DNA of 64,000 nucleotides, taken from the NCBI GenBank assembly GCA_963749155.1, contig CAVVLO010000001.1:864001-928000 (forward strand), given 5' to 3'. Shown here piece by piece: positions 52,640 through 63,799 of this stretch (position 1 is its first letter; the number at the start of each line of letters is the position of its first letter). The position numbers and the translations under genes were made by a program. The notes beneath the pieces were generated by a model. The model was not told the DNA's origin. It saw only the letters and a list, made by a program, of their open reading frames with translations, and made no database searches. Source of the stretch: an uncultured Armatimonadia bacterium. Its GTDB lineage: Bacteria; Armatimonadota; Zipacnadia; CAVVLO01.

Positions 52640-53753
52640 ATGTGCACCGAGTGCGGCTGCCATGGCCACTCTCACGTCAATCTGGACGACCTGGCCCACC
52701 TCAAGCAACATGACCCCGATGGGATGCTGGACCTCACGATCGGCCTCACCGAGCAAATCCGCAAAGCTGTCGAGCTAGCCAGGGTCGTTGACCTGCCCGC
52801 AAGTTACGGACAGGTAAAAAATGTTATCGGAACTGGTATGGGGGGTTCTGGAATCGGCGGAGCTTTTTGCGCTCAACTTTTCCAGGACGTGCTGACCGTC
52901 CCGATGGCTTCCAACCGAGACTATACGCTGCCCGCCTACGCCGGGCCTGATACTCTTGTTATCGCCGGCAGCTATTCCGGCAATACCGAAGAAACCCTGA
53001 CCGCCGCCGCAGAGGCCCAGCGGAGAGGCTGCAAGGTCTTCTGCGTTACCGGTGGGGGAGAGCTGCTGGCCTTTGCCGAAAAGCACGGGCTTCCTTATGC
53101 CAAGGTGCCGACGGGCCTTGCTCCGCGCGCAGCGGCCGGTTATATGTTTGTCCCACAGGTCTTCGCGCTCCAGAAGGCGGGGCTTATCCCCGACCAGACG
53201 GCTGCCTTTGAAGAGGCCATCGCGCTGCTGGGTGAGTTGCTCGAGACCTGGCGGCCCGAATCGAAACTGGATGATAACCCGACCAAGCAGCTTGCTGAAG
53301 AGCTCTTTGGACACATCCCCCTGATATACGGCGAATTCGGTTATCTTGGGGTTATCGCCGAGCGCTGGAAGGACCAGATCAACGAGAATTCGAAGGTCAT
53401 CGCATATAACAATGTGTTGCCTGAACTCAATCATAACGAGGTCGTTGGCTGGGAGCTGCCTGAAGAACTGGCCGAGGTCTTCTCCGTCGTGCTGCTGCGG
53501 GACGAGGACTGCGAATATCCGGTATCAGCTTCGCGCCGAGGTTACCCGGCAACTCGTGGCAATGAAAGGTTGCGGCGTTGCGGAAGTCTGGACTCAGGGC
53601 GAAAGCCGCCTCGCGAAGCTTCTCACAACGATGCACTTTGGCGACTGGGTGAGCATCTACCTGGCTGCAATGTATGGAGTGGATCCGAGCAGCATCGACA
53701 ACATAAAGCTGCTGAAGGCAAAACTGGCGGAGGCAGGTCCCGTCAAGTTTTAG
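52640..53753 (+). CDS. Bifunctional phosphoglucose/phosphomannose isomerase (frameshift near 53510)
   Basis: GMGGSGIGG, SYSGNTEET, PRAA, RWKDQINENSK, PELNHNEVVGW; restored C-terminus GDWVSIYLA..GVDP...IKLLK. Confidence 0.92.
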
Positions 53754-53765
53754 GGGAGACCAATT

Positions 53766-54615
53766 ATGTCTCTGGCCTATGCCAGTGAGTTGCTGACGAA
53801 GGCCCGGACCGCAGGTTATGCGGTTGGGGCCTTCAATATGTATAACCTCGAGACGCTGCAAGCTATCATCAGCGCTGCTGAAGAGCTGCGCGCCCCCGTC
53901 CTCGTCCAGGTCAACGCCGGCACGGCCGAGTTTATGGGCCAGCAGACCGTCGCAAACCTGGTGCGTACAACTTGCGGTTGTTGCTACTGTGCCTGTGGCG
54001 CTGCACCTCGACCATGGCAAGAGCTTCGATGAGGTTATGACCGCGCTCAGGCTTGGTTACACTTCTGTGATGTTCGATGGATCCAGCCTTTCACTCGAAG
54101 CCAACGCCGATGCGACCCGAGAAGTCGTGAAGGTAGCCCACTCGATGGGGGTACCTGTCGAGGGTGAGCTTGGGCGTATTGCAGGCTCGAAGACGGGAGA
54201 AGACCTGGCCGAGTCGGATCTGACTACGCCTGAGGGCGCCAAAGCCTTCGTCGAAGCGACGGGAGTTGACTCGCTGGCGGTAGGGGTAGGCACCCAGCAT
54301 GGCTTGTATCGTCAGCCTCCAGCCTTGCGCTTCGACCTGCTTGAGGGCATCGCAAAGCAGGTGGCTTTGCCCCTCGTAATGCACGGAGGCACCGGGGTCA
54401 GTGGTGACGACATCCAGCGCGCGGTCAGCCTTGGTATCAGCAAGTTTAATGTGGCAACAGGCCTGAAAGTCGGCTTTATGCAGACGCTGGAGCAGCAGTT
54501 CCAGGCGAAACCGGGCGAGCAGGATTTACGCAAGCTGATGAGCCTGGCGAGAACCCAGGTGAAGACGATGGTCGCGGAGTATATCCAGTTGCTTGGCTGC
54601 GCGGGCAAGGCGTAG
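53766..54615 (+). CDS. fba: Class II fructose/tagatose-bisphosphate aldolase (frameshift near 53965)
   Basis: YAVGAFN, ALHLDHG, SVMFDGS, VEGELG, GTQHGLY, LVMHGGTG, KFNVAT. Confidence 0.9.
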
Positions 54616-54630
54616 GAAACGGAGAGGCAG

Positions 54631-55635
54631 ATGGACAGCTTCAGGCTAAATACTGAAGGCAAATATGCACTCGGGCTGGATCTCGGCGGCACCACAATGG
54701 CAGCCGCAGTCATCGACCAGTCAGGCGTCATCGTGGGACAGGTTGCCTCGGACGATACACCAGCCAGAAGCGGCGCGGAGGCTGTAGCTACGAAGCTGGT
54801 AAGTACACTGAGACGCGCTCTGGAGAGCAGCCAGATAGACCCAGCCGACCTGATGGGGATCGGGATGGCGGTGCCTGGCCAGCTCAAATCCAGTGAAGGC
54901 CTTGTCATATTTAGTCCCAACTTTGACTGGCACCACGTGAACATAGCGCGCCCAGTGGCCGAGGCTTTCGGCCTGCGGACTTTTATTTTTAACGATGTGA
55001 ACACGGCCACACTCGGCGAGCTCTGGTTTGGCGCTGGCAGGGCCGTTGATAATATGGTGATGATCACCCTTGGCACGGGCATCGGTGGCGGGGTCGCGAT
55101 GGAAGGCCGGGTGCTGGCCGGGCCTCGCGAAGCGATCGGCGAGATTGGCCATATCACCCTGGAGCCGGATGGTCCTCGTTGTGAGTGTGGCAACCACGGG
55201 TGTTTCGAGGCGCTGGCGGGCAGAGACGCCCTGGTTGATCGCGCCATACGGAAATTGCAAAACGCCCGACCGAGTTTGCTTTTGGAACTTGTGAAGGGTG
55301 ATCTCTCGGCGATTACACCCAAGGCCATTGCTGAAGCAGCCCAGGCGGGCGATGAAGTGGCGCTTGAGACGCTTCGCGAGACGGCAGTCTACATTGGCAT
55401 CGCGCTTTGTACAGCAATCAACTTCGCCGATCCTGATTTAATTGTCATCGGCGGGGGCATCGCAAGCGCCGGTGACGTGCTTTTCGAACCCATACGGGCA
55501 ACCATCAAGACGCGCGCGAGGATGATCCCTTATCCCCCAGAGCGCGTCGTGCCGGCCGAGCTGGGCAATCTGGCCGGCGTTTACGGCGGAGCGGTACTTG
55601 TCTTCCAGGCCAGCGGAGTTGCAAAACCTGCCTGA
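54631..55635 (+). CDS. ROK family sugar kinase (glucokinase-like)
   Basis: DLGGT, NDVN, TLGTGIGGG, EIGH, CECGNHGCFE. Confidence 0.92.
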   Translation: MDSFRLNTEGKYALGLDLGGTTMAAAVIDQSGVIVGQVASDDTPARSGAEAVATKLVSTLRRALESSQIDPADLMGIGMAVPGQLKSSEGLVIFSPNFDWHHVNIARPVAEAFGLRTFIFNDVNTATLGELWFGAGRAVDNMVMITLGTGIGGGVAMEGRVLAGPREAIGEIGHITLEPDGPRCECGNHGCFEALAGRDALVDRAIRKLQNARPSLLLELVKGDLSAITPKAIAEAAQAGDEVALETLRETAVYIGIALCTAINFADPDLIVIGGGIASAGDVLFEPIRATIKTRARMIPYPPERVVPAELGNLAGVYGGAVLVFQASGVAKPA

Positions 55636-55682
55636 GTGGCAGAGCAACTCCTTCCAGGCGTTGGCCGGGCCCTGGAGTTAGT

Positions 55683-58600
55683 GTGCCCAAAGCAGCGCTA
55701 AAAAACAGGTTCCGCCAGGCCGCAGCCTTCGCTCGAATCGAGCAGGAGCTTCTGAAGGGCGGCCAGGCCTCAGTGACGGGACTCTCGGGAGGCGCCAGAA
55801 GTCTTCTTCTGGCCACCCTGATAGAGTCTCGGCAGGAGGGACTTGTCGTCTTCACAGATACCCTCGAAGCTGCCGCCGACCTGCGCACTGACCTGATTGC
55901 CTTACTCGAGGCCGATACCTCCGATGTGCTCGTGCTCGTGCCCGCGGGACGCAGTCTATACAAACATTCCTCAACCGAGCCCGGCGCTAGCGCCGATCGC
56001 GCCGAGGCGCTGGCAACCAGCCTGGCGACCCCTCGACGGACCCTTATTGTCCCTGGCAGGGCGCTGCTTGAAAAACTGCCTCCCCCCTCGCGCCTGTCGT
56101 CGGTGACCTGGACTTTACGCCCAGGTGATGAACTGGCGCGCGAGGCGCTGACAGAGCGGCTCGAAGGAATGGGGTACCTGCGCGTTGATGCGGTTCACGA
56201 AGTGGGCGACTATTCGGTGCGCGGTTTTATCGTGGATGTTTATGTCCCAAGCCTCAATCATCCCCTTCGCATCGAGTATTTTGGTGATGAGCTGGAGTCT
56301 CTGCGCCTGTTCGATGTCACCTCACAGCGTTCGATAGGGCAACTGGAAGAAGCGCTTATCTGTCCGGCCGCGACCCTGACACTATTAGGTGCAGAACGCT
56401 TGCGTCTGGCGGCGGATATTAAACGACTGGCGCGCGAGCAGGCTGAGACACTGCGCCAGCAAAATCGCCGGGCCGAGGCGGCCAGGCTTGGCGAGTGGGC
56501 CGAAGCCGAAGCCGACCTCATAGAAGCTGGGCGGATGCTCTCAGGGCTGGAGCGATATACTCCGCTCTTGTTCAGCCAGCCTGCAAGCGTACTGGACTAT
56601 TGCACGAGCGCGGGCAAGCCTGTCTGCGTGATGGGCGAGGAACTTATCGCCGACGAGCTCCAAAGCTACTTTATTGATGCTAGTGCTGACTGGCAGGAGG
56701 CTTGCCTGCAGGGGCGCGCCCTCGGAGGTCTTACTTTCCAGTTGCAGGAACCAGAGCAAGCCCTCGGGAAGCTGACCAGCCAGGCGAGGTTGTTCCTGCA
56801 GGGGGTAGTCGGGACAAGCCAGGATTCGGTAACCGGTTTTCGGCTAGGCACCGCTGCAGCGCCCAGGTTCGCGGGCCAACTGGAGCTGTTCGCCCAGACA
56901 GTGACAGGCTGGCAGAAGGATGGCAAGACCGCTCTGGTGCTCACGCCCCATCCTGAGAAGCTGCGCGCCCTGCTTGCCGACCGGGAACTCGACGTGACCC
57001 TGGCCAGCGAACAGGAGCAACTCCGGCCTGGGCGCCTGTATGTCGGCAGACTCGATTTGGCTGAAGGGTTTTTCTGGGAGAAAGAAGGCCTTGCTGTCAT
57101 CACGGAGTCAGACCTGCTGGGCGCGCGCCGGGCGCCCGGACGCGAGCGCCGGGTGCGCGATGTCCCGAAGGCAGCTTCGCTAGCCGAGCTTAAGCCAGGC
57201 GACTACATCGTCCATATCAGCCACGGTATCGGCCTTTACAAAGGCCTGGTGAAGCGTGAGACCGACAGCGGCACGCGAGATTATCTGGAGATCGAATACA
57301 GCGATGGCGGCAAGCTCTTCGTCTCCGCTCAGCAGATGGACCGCGTGCAACGTTATGTAGGCGCGGGTTCGGAACCGCCCAAAGTGAATTCACTCGAGGA
57401 TGTACGCTGGATAGCCACCAAGCGCAGGGCGCGCAAGCAGGCTCTGGAGATAGCCGATGGCCTGGTGCGTCTATATGCCGAGCGCGAACGAGGCCGAAGG
57501 CTTTCCCTTTGCCGCCGATGATGCGATGCAACGCGAGCTCGAGGCGCGTTTCCCCTTTGTCGAGACAGATGGCCAGTTGAAAGCGGTCGATGGCGTCAAA
57601 CGCGATATGCAGAAGCCTTCTCCAATGGACCGGCTGGTCTGCGGAGATGTCGGTTTCGGAAAAACCGAGGTCGCAGTGAGGGCGGCTTTCAAAGCGGTGC
57701 TCTCAAATAAGCAGGTTGCAATTCTGGTGCCGACCACCGTTCTGGCCGAGCAGCATTACAACACTTTTCGCGATCGGCTGGCAGGCTTCCCGGCGCGAGT
57801 CGAAGTTATGAGTCGGTTCCGTAGTCGCGCCCAGCAGCAGGCGGTCTTGCGCGGACTGAAGGCTGGCGCCGTAGATATCGTTATCGGCACTCACAGGCTG
57901 CTTTCCAAGGACATTGAGTTCAAGTCGCTGGGCTTGCTTATAATTGATGAGGAACATCGTTTTGGCGTGTTGCACAAAGAACGGCTGAAGGAACTTCAAT
58001 CAGGGGTTGACGTGCTTACCTTGACGGCAACGCCAATTCCGCGCACGATGCAGCAGGCTTTATCGGGACTGGTAAACCTTTCGACTATCGCGGATGCGCC
58101 TGCGGGCAGGCTTTCGGTCGAGACTTTCGTCGAGTATGAGACTGACGAGGTCATAAAAGACGCTCTTCAGCAGGAACTGGACCGGGGCGGCCAGGTGTAC
58201 CTGGTCACCAACACGGTGCGCAGCGCGCCTTTCCTGGCTGAGCGGATCCGCAAGCTGGCGCCCACCGCTCGAGTGGCTGTGGGGCACGGCCAACTGGCCG
58301 AGTCCGAGCTGGAAGAAGTAATGTTCGAATTCTACCAGGGCGAATATGATGTGCTCGTTTGTACTACAATTATCGAAAGCGGACTCGACATCCCCAATGC
58401 CAACACGCTGCTAGTCCATAATGCCGATCATTTTGGCCTGGCGCAGCTCTACCAGCTTCGTGGCCGAGTGGGACGCTCTACCAGGCAGGCCAGAGCCTTT
58501 TTCCTGGTGACACAGCCCAAACAGCTTAAGCACACCGCGGCTCAGCGGCTCGAGGCCATCCAGGAACACACCCAGCTTGGCTCGGGATTGAACCTGGCGA

Positions 58601-59244
58601 TGAGAGATTTGGAGATACGTGGAGCGGGTAATCTGCTCGGTCCGCAGCAACACGGTTTCATAAACTCTGTCGGTCTAGAGCTATATCTTGATATGATAAA
58701 GGAAGCCGTCGACCAGTTGCGCACTGGAAAGGCGACCGCGCCGGTAAAACGCGCCGTGCTCGAACTGGAGCTGGACGCGCTGATTCCGGAGGATTACGTG
58801 CAAGCACCGGCGCAGCGACTCGATCTGTATCGGCAGATTTCGGGTTCCGAATCGGTGCATGATCTGCAAGAACTTGGCAAGGCTTTGCGCGACCGATATG
58901 GACCCCTGCCAGAGCAGGCAAAACGGTTGCTTGAAGTGGCCATATTTACGCTCAAGGCTGCCCTGGTTGGCATCGAGGCCGTCCGCCGCACGACGACGGG
59001 CGCTGTCTCAGAGCTGGCTCTCAGGGCTAATCTGAAGCCGAAAGTGGTCAAACTGATGAATCAGATCTATATGGTGCGCTCGTCCGACCTCAGGGCAAGC
59101 GTCACTTTCCAGCCGCATAGAATCGAGGTAGCCACACTCCTTTCACAGGAGGGGCTGTTCCGAGTGCTGGTCGATATCGTAGGCGCGATGCAGCATGAGG
59201 ACTTCAAGCGGCTTACAAGTGGAGGGAAGGCGCCACGTGCCTGA
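55683..59244 (+). CDS. mfd: Transcription-repair coupling factor (frameshift near 57490)
   Basis: [66 protein letters not shown]. Confidence 0.95.
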
Positions 59245-60526
59245 AATCGTAGGACTTAGCTTTAACGAAGGGGGCAAGATCTATTTCTTCGACCCCCAGG
59301 GTGAGCAATATGCCGAGGGCGAGGCTGTACTGGCCGAGACCGCTCGCGGGCTGGAGCTTGGCTGGGTAACAAGTGCCAATGCCGAAGTGGACGAATCAAC
59401 CATTGTCGCCCCTCTTAAGCCCATTGTGCGTAAAGCGGCTGAGGGCGATCTGAAGAAGAAAGAAGAACTGCAGCGCAAGGCGCGAGAGGCGCTCAAGACT
59501 TGCGAGCAGCATATCGCTCATCATAAGCTGCCGATGAAGCTGATAGAAGCCGAATACACCTTCGATGGGAAGCGTATCATCTTCCATTTTGCTTCTGAGG
59601 GACGGGTCGACTTCCGCGAGCTGGTGAAAGACCTGGCGCGCGAGTTCAAGAAGCGTATCGAACTCCACCAGGTCGGCGTGCGCGACGAAGCCAAGCTGTA
59701 TGGCGGGCTTGGAGTCTGTGGGCGAGAGCTCTGCTGCAGCCGCTTCCTGCCCGATTTCTGTCCCGTCGCTATCAAGATGGCCAAAGCCCAGGAGCTGTCA
59801 CTCAACCCGGCAAAAATTTCCGGTATGTGTGGCCGTCTGATGTGCTGCCTGCGCTACGAATATGAGCTTTACGAGGAAGGCCAGAAACGCCTGCCCAAGT
59901 ATGGTGTGGTTATTGATACGCCCTTTGGCGAGGGACGGGTCATTGGGCGTGACTTGCCGAGTCTTACCGTCACAGTAGATGTAGGCGAAAAGGGCAAGCA
60001 ACGGATGACTATCGCCCAACTCGAGGGCTTGCCTTGCGAGGAATGCGAGGCCACCGAGGCCATGTGCAGCAAATGCCCCAGAAGGACCGACAGGCCCGGG
60101 GAGCCAAGCGAGCCGCAAGAAGAGCCTCGCCCGACCGAGGCACCCCCTGTTGGAGAGTTCGATCAGCCGGCGCCAAGGTCTCAAGGTGATGATCGTGAAG
60201 CACCTTCAAAGCCGGAAGGCCCCGAAGTCAGCCAGGGCAGAACCAGGCGTCCCAGGCCCCGCCCAGAGCAGGGAAAACCTGGCGGCCAGGGGCAGTCCAG
60301 GAGCGGTCAGCAAGGCCGGCCTTCGGGCAGGCCCAGACCAGAATCCCCCCCGAGCGCCAAACCTGACGCTCCCCAAAGCAGAGGGTCAGGCGAGGGGCAA
60401 AACAAACCGCCCTCTGAGGGCGATGCCCGCAGGCAATCCGCAAGACGCCGGGGAGGACGTGGCCGCAAGCCCGGTGGCGGCGGGGGAGGCCAATCGGGAG
60501 GCGCTCCAGGCCCATCGGCTGACTAG
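59237..60526 (+). CDS. ricT: RicT/YaaT (PSP1-domain) protein with long low-complexity C-terminal tail
   Basis: RVDFRELVKDLA, GVRDEAK, GVCGRELCC, NPAKISGMCGRLMCCLRYE. Confidence 0.9.
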   Translation: MPEIVGLSFNEGGKIYFFDPQGEQYAEGEAVLAETARGLELGWVTSANAEVDESTIVAPLKPIVRKAAEGDLKKKEELQRKAREALKTCEQHIAHHKLPMKLIEAEYTFDGKRIIFHFASEGRVDFRELVKDLAREFKKRIELHQVGVRDEAKLYGGLGVCGRELCCSRFLPDFCPVAIKMAKAQELSLNPAKISGMCGRLMCCLRYEYELYEEGQKRLPKYGVVIDTPFGEGRVIGRDLPSLTVTVDVGEKGKQRMTIAQLEGLPCEECEATEAMCSKCPRRTDRPGEPSEPQEEPRPTEAPPVGEFDQPAPRSQGDDREAPSKPEGPEVSQGRTRRPRPRPEQGKPGGQGQSRSGQQGRPSGRPRPESPPSAKPDAPQSRGSGEGQNKPPSEGDARRQSARRRGGRGRKPGGGGGGQSGGAPGPSAD

Positions 60527-60591
60527 CGGTCAAGCGGGACAACTTTTCGAGTCAGTTTTTTGATATGACCAGAGATTGGAGAGGGTGTTTA

Positions 60592-62554
60592 GTGCAGCAG
60601 TCCAGATACGTGACAACGCCTATCTATTATGTAAACGACAAGCCCCATATCGGGCATTCGTATACCACTATCGCCGCCGATGTGCTGGCGCGTTATTGGC
60701 GCTTCCGCGGCTACCCTACATATTTCCTGACTGGGACCGACGAACACGGCCTCAAAATCCAGGAGACCGCCGAGGCGCAGGGCGTCACCCCGCGCGAGTG
60801 GTGCGACCGGCTGGTCGTCCATTTCCAGGATATGTGGAAAGAGCTTCACATCGAATACGATGGCTTCATCCGCACTACCGATACGGCGCATGAGGAGACC
60901 GTGCAGAAGCTCTTCACGCGGTATCTGGAGCAGGGCGATCTCTATCTGGGCAGCTACGAGGGCTGGTATTGCAAGTTCTGCGAAACGTATTTCACGCCTG
61001 CCGAGATAGCCGATGGCCTGTGCCCCAACGCCGAATGTCGGCGCGAAGTGCGCCAGGTGGCGGAGCCTGCTTATTTCTTCCGGACTTCCGAGTATGCTGA
61101 CCGGCTGGTCGAGTACATCGAGGCGAATCCCGAGTTCATAATGCCTGAATCGCGTCGTAACGAGGTGCTGAGCTTCATCCGCGGCGGGCTGAGGGACAAC
61201 TGTGTCTCGCGCGCTTCGGTTGCCTGGGGCGTCCCGGTGCCAAATGACCCCAGCCAGGTTGTCTATGTCTGGTTTGACGCGCTCATCAATTATCTCTCCG
61301 CCCTGGGCTATCCCGACGGAGAGCTGTGCCAGCAGTTCTGGCCAGCGACCGTGCAGCTTATGGCGAAGGACATCCTGACCCGCTTCCACGCGACACTCTG
61401 GCCGGCGATGCTGATGGCGGCTGACCTGCCTCTGCCGCGCACCTTGTTCGCACACGGCTTCTGGACCGCCGAGGGCGAGAAGATGAGCAAGACGAAGGGC
61501 AACTTCGTCTCGCCAATTGATGTCGCTACCGAACTGGCTGACGCTACCGGCGCGGACCGAGACATCACCATAGACGCCATCAGGTATTTTGTGCTGCGCG
61601 AGGTTACTTTCGGCGCGGATGCAGACTTCTCGAAGACCCAACTGGAAGCCCGCTACAATGCTGAACTGTGCAACGACCTGGGCAATCTGCTCAACCGTAC
61701 GGTCAGTATGACGACAAAGTTCTTGGGCGGGAAATTGCCTGGCCCTGAAGCCGTTGATGCCGAAATCCAGGCCGAACTCGCTCCTCTGCTCGAAGCCGTC
61801 GACCAGGCCTATGAAAAGGTAGACTTCAATGGGGCGCTCGAAGCCATAATGGGGTTCACAGGGCGCCTGAACAAATACATCGACACGCAGGAGCCCTGGC
61901 GTCTCAACCGGGAGGGCAGGCAGACGCGAACTGGAGCGCGCTCTCGGCACGACTTTACGCGCCACGGCAATTGCGGCAGCGTTGATTTATCCCTTTATGC
62001 CCGTCGCCTCGCAGGAGATACTCCGTCAGCTTGACTGGGCCACCCCAATCCGCGAGTTGAGCTTTGAGCAACTGGGGCAGCTTGCGACCGCCCCCGTGGG
62101 GCAGACCGTTACTGAGGCAAAGCCTGTCTTCCCAAGGCTCGAGAAGGAAGGCAAAACTCCAAGACTTGAGAAGCCAAAGCCCGAAGCCAAACCAGCTCCT
62201 AAAGAGGCAGCTCCGGTAGCGCCAGTTGGGCTTATTACCATACAGGATTTCCAGCAGGTGCAACTGAGGACGGCAAAGGTCCTCTCGGCCGAGAGAGTCG
62301 AAGGCGCCGACAAGCTGCTGAAGCTTCAGATAGAGGTGGGCGAGCCTGAGCCGCGCCAACTGGTGGCGGGTATCGCCCAGCATTATGCTCCCGAGGCCCT
62401 GGTAGGTCGCACCATCATCATCGTCGCAAACCTCGAGCCAGCAACCATCCGCGGGGTTACCTCGCAGGGGATGCTGCTTGCCGCCTCAAGTGGCGATTCG
62501 GTGAAGCTTTTGATGGTGGATGGCGACTTGCCGCCGGGCAGCAAAATCAGGTAG
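60592..62554 (+). CDS. metG: Methionine-tRNA ligase with C-terminal Trbp111-like domain (frameshift near 61925)
   Basis: TTPIYYVN.KPHIGH, GTDEHG, YVWFDAL, KMSKT; ADKLLKL...NLEP.TIRGVTSQGMLLAA. Confidence 0.95.
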
Positions 62555-62560
62555 GCGAAT

Positions 62561-63205
62561 ATGGAAAAGCTGGAGAGCACTGGCAGAAGTCTCGGTTTCA
62601 GCCTCGCAGTGGCGGCCCTCGCGGTCGCGCTGGGGGCGATGCCTCTGGCCTGGTGCCTGGCTGAGCTGACCTCACCGGCCACCCTCAACGCTCTGCAGCA
62701 GTTCATAAACAACCAGCTTGCCGGAAGTATCGGCCCTGTCGACTGGAATCAGGTCGGCGAGATGGCCCGCCAGCTCGGTTTCGACCCTCGCACTATTGAT
62801 TCGGCTTTGCGCGTGCTGGGCGGGGGAGGCGCGCTGCTGGATGCTGATGTGCAGCAAGCGGTCGCCCAGGCGCGTTCGGTGATGGTCGGGCTGTTCTGGG
62901 TGGTACTCGTAATAGCGGCTTTCGCCGCCTTCGCAAGTTTTGTCCTCGGAGGGCTTCAACGTGGATTTGGCGCACTGGGGGCTGCACTTGCGGTCGTGGG
63001 CGTGACCAGCCTCATCTCCTGGATTGCCTTCTCCAGCCTGGATACTGGTAAAGAACCTCTCGCTAACCAGATTGTGGGGAGCTTCGCGCATGTGACCGGG
63101 CTGTTTGCTTTCTTGCTGCTTGGCCTTTCGGCTTGCGGGCTGGCGGCCTATTTCATCGTGAAGCCTTCAGCCAAAAGTGGTAAAGTGATGAAGGTGAAGG
63201 TCTAG
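62561..63205 (+). CDS. Hypothetical multi-pass membrane protein
   Basis: 214-aa ORF with four hydrophobic segments, tightly spaced after metG. Confidence 0.65.
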   Translation: MEKLESTGRSLGFSLAVAALAVALGAMPLAWCLAELTSPATLNALQQFINNQLAGSIGPVDWNQVGEMARQLGFDPRTIDSALRVLGGGGALLDADVQQAVAQARSVMVGLFWVVLVIAAFAAFASFVLGGLQRGFGALGAALAVVGVTSLISWIAFSSLDTGKEPLANQIVGSFAHVTGLFAFLLLGLSACGLAAYFIVKPSAKSGKVMKVKV

Positions 63206-63206
63206 T

Positions 63207-63497
63207 ATGGGCGGTTCGAGCCTGCTGCGGATTCTCCAATATGGCCCCGACCTGGTCAGGCTGCTCTTTGGCCTGATGCTTGACAAGCGTGTCTGGTGGG
63301 GCGCCAAACTCGTGATGTTGCTTGGGCTTGTCTATTTCATCGTCCCTACCGATGTACTCATAGATTTCATTCCCTTCGCCGGGCTTGTGGATGACCTGTT
63401 CGTGTTTCTCATCGCCGCCTACTTGTTTACGATAATGGTGCCGCGCGATGTGATGGACGAGCATCTCTTCCGCCTGCGCGAACGCAATCGGCGATGA
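63207..63497 (+). CDS. YkvA/DUF1232 family membrane protein
   Basis: D.RV...AK, YFIVPTDVLIDFIPFAGLVDD. Confidence 0.85.
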   Translation: MGGSSLLRILQYGPDLVRLLFGLMLDKRVWWGAKLVMLLGLVYFIVPTDVLIDFIPFAGLVDDLFVFLIAAYLFTIMVPRDVMDEHLFRLRERNRR

Positions 63498-63549
63498 CTT
63501 GCGCAGGGGCCGGGCGGTTTGTTAGACTGACTGCAAACGTCCAGCCAAA

Positions 63550-63776
63550 GGCCAGGACCGGGGAAGAGTAAGCTCGAGCAGCGCGCCAGCGAGTCGGGGC
63601 AGGTGGAAGCCCGATGCGCCAGCCAGCCGAACGTCGCCCCGAGAGCCGCCCGGGGGAACCACCAGTACTTCGGGCCGTGTCGCGCGCGTTAAGCGTAAGA
63701 GATGGCTTCGCAAGGAGCCAAGAAGGGTGGTACCGCGAAGGCCTGGCCTCTCGCCCCTTTGGGCGGGAGGTTTTTT
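63550..63776 (+). ncRNA. T-box riboswitch (Val specifier) with attenuator
   Basis: GAAGAGTA motif; CAGCGAG/GGTGGAA apical motifs; specifier GAAC-GTC-G at 63633-63635; T-box AAGGGTGGTACCGCG at 63723-63737; terminator CCTCTCGCCC/GGGCGGGAGG followed by T6. Confidence 0.92.
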
Positions 63777-63799
63777 GTTTGCAGTTTGGAGGAGAGCCG

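Noticed and set aside
57470..61940. Programmed frameshifting in mfd or metG
   Set aside because: No slippery heptamer or stimulatory structure is evident, and similar breaks occur throughout the window.
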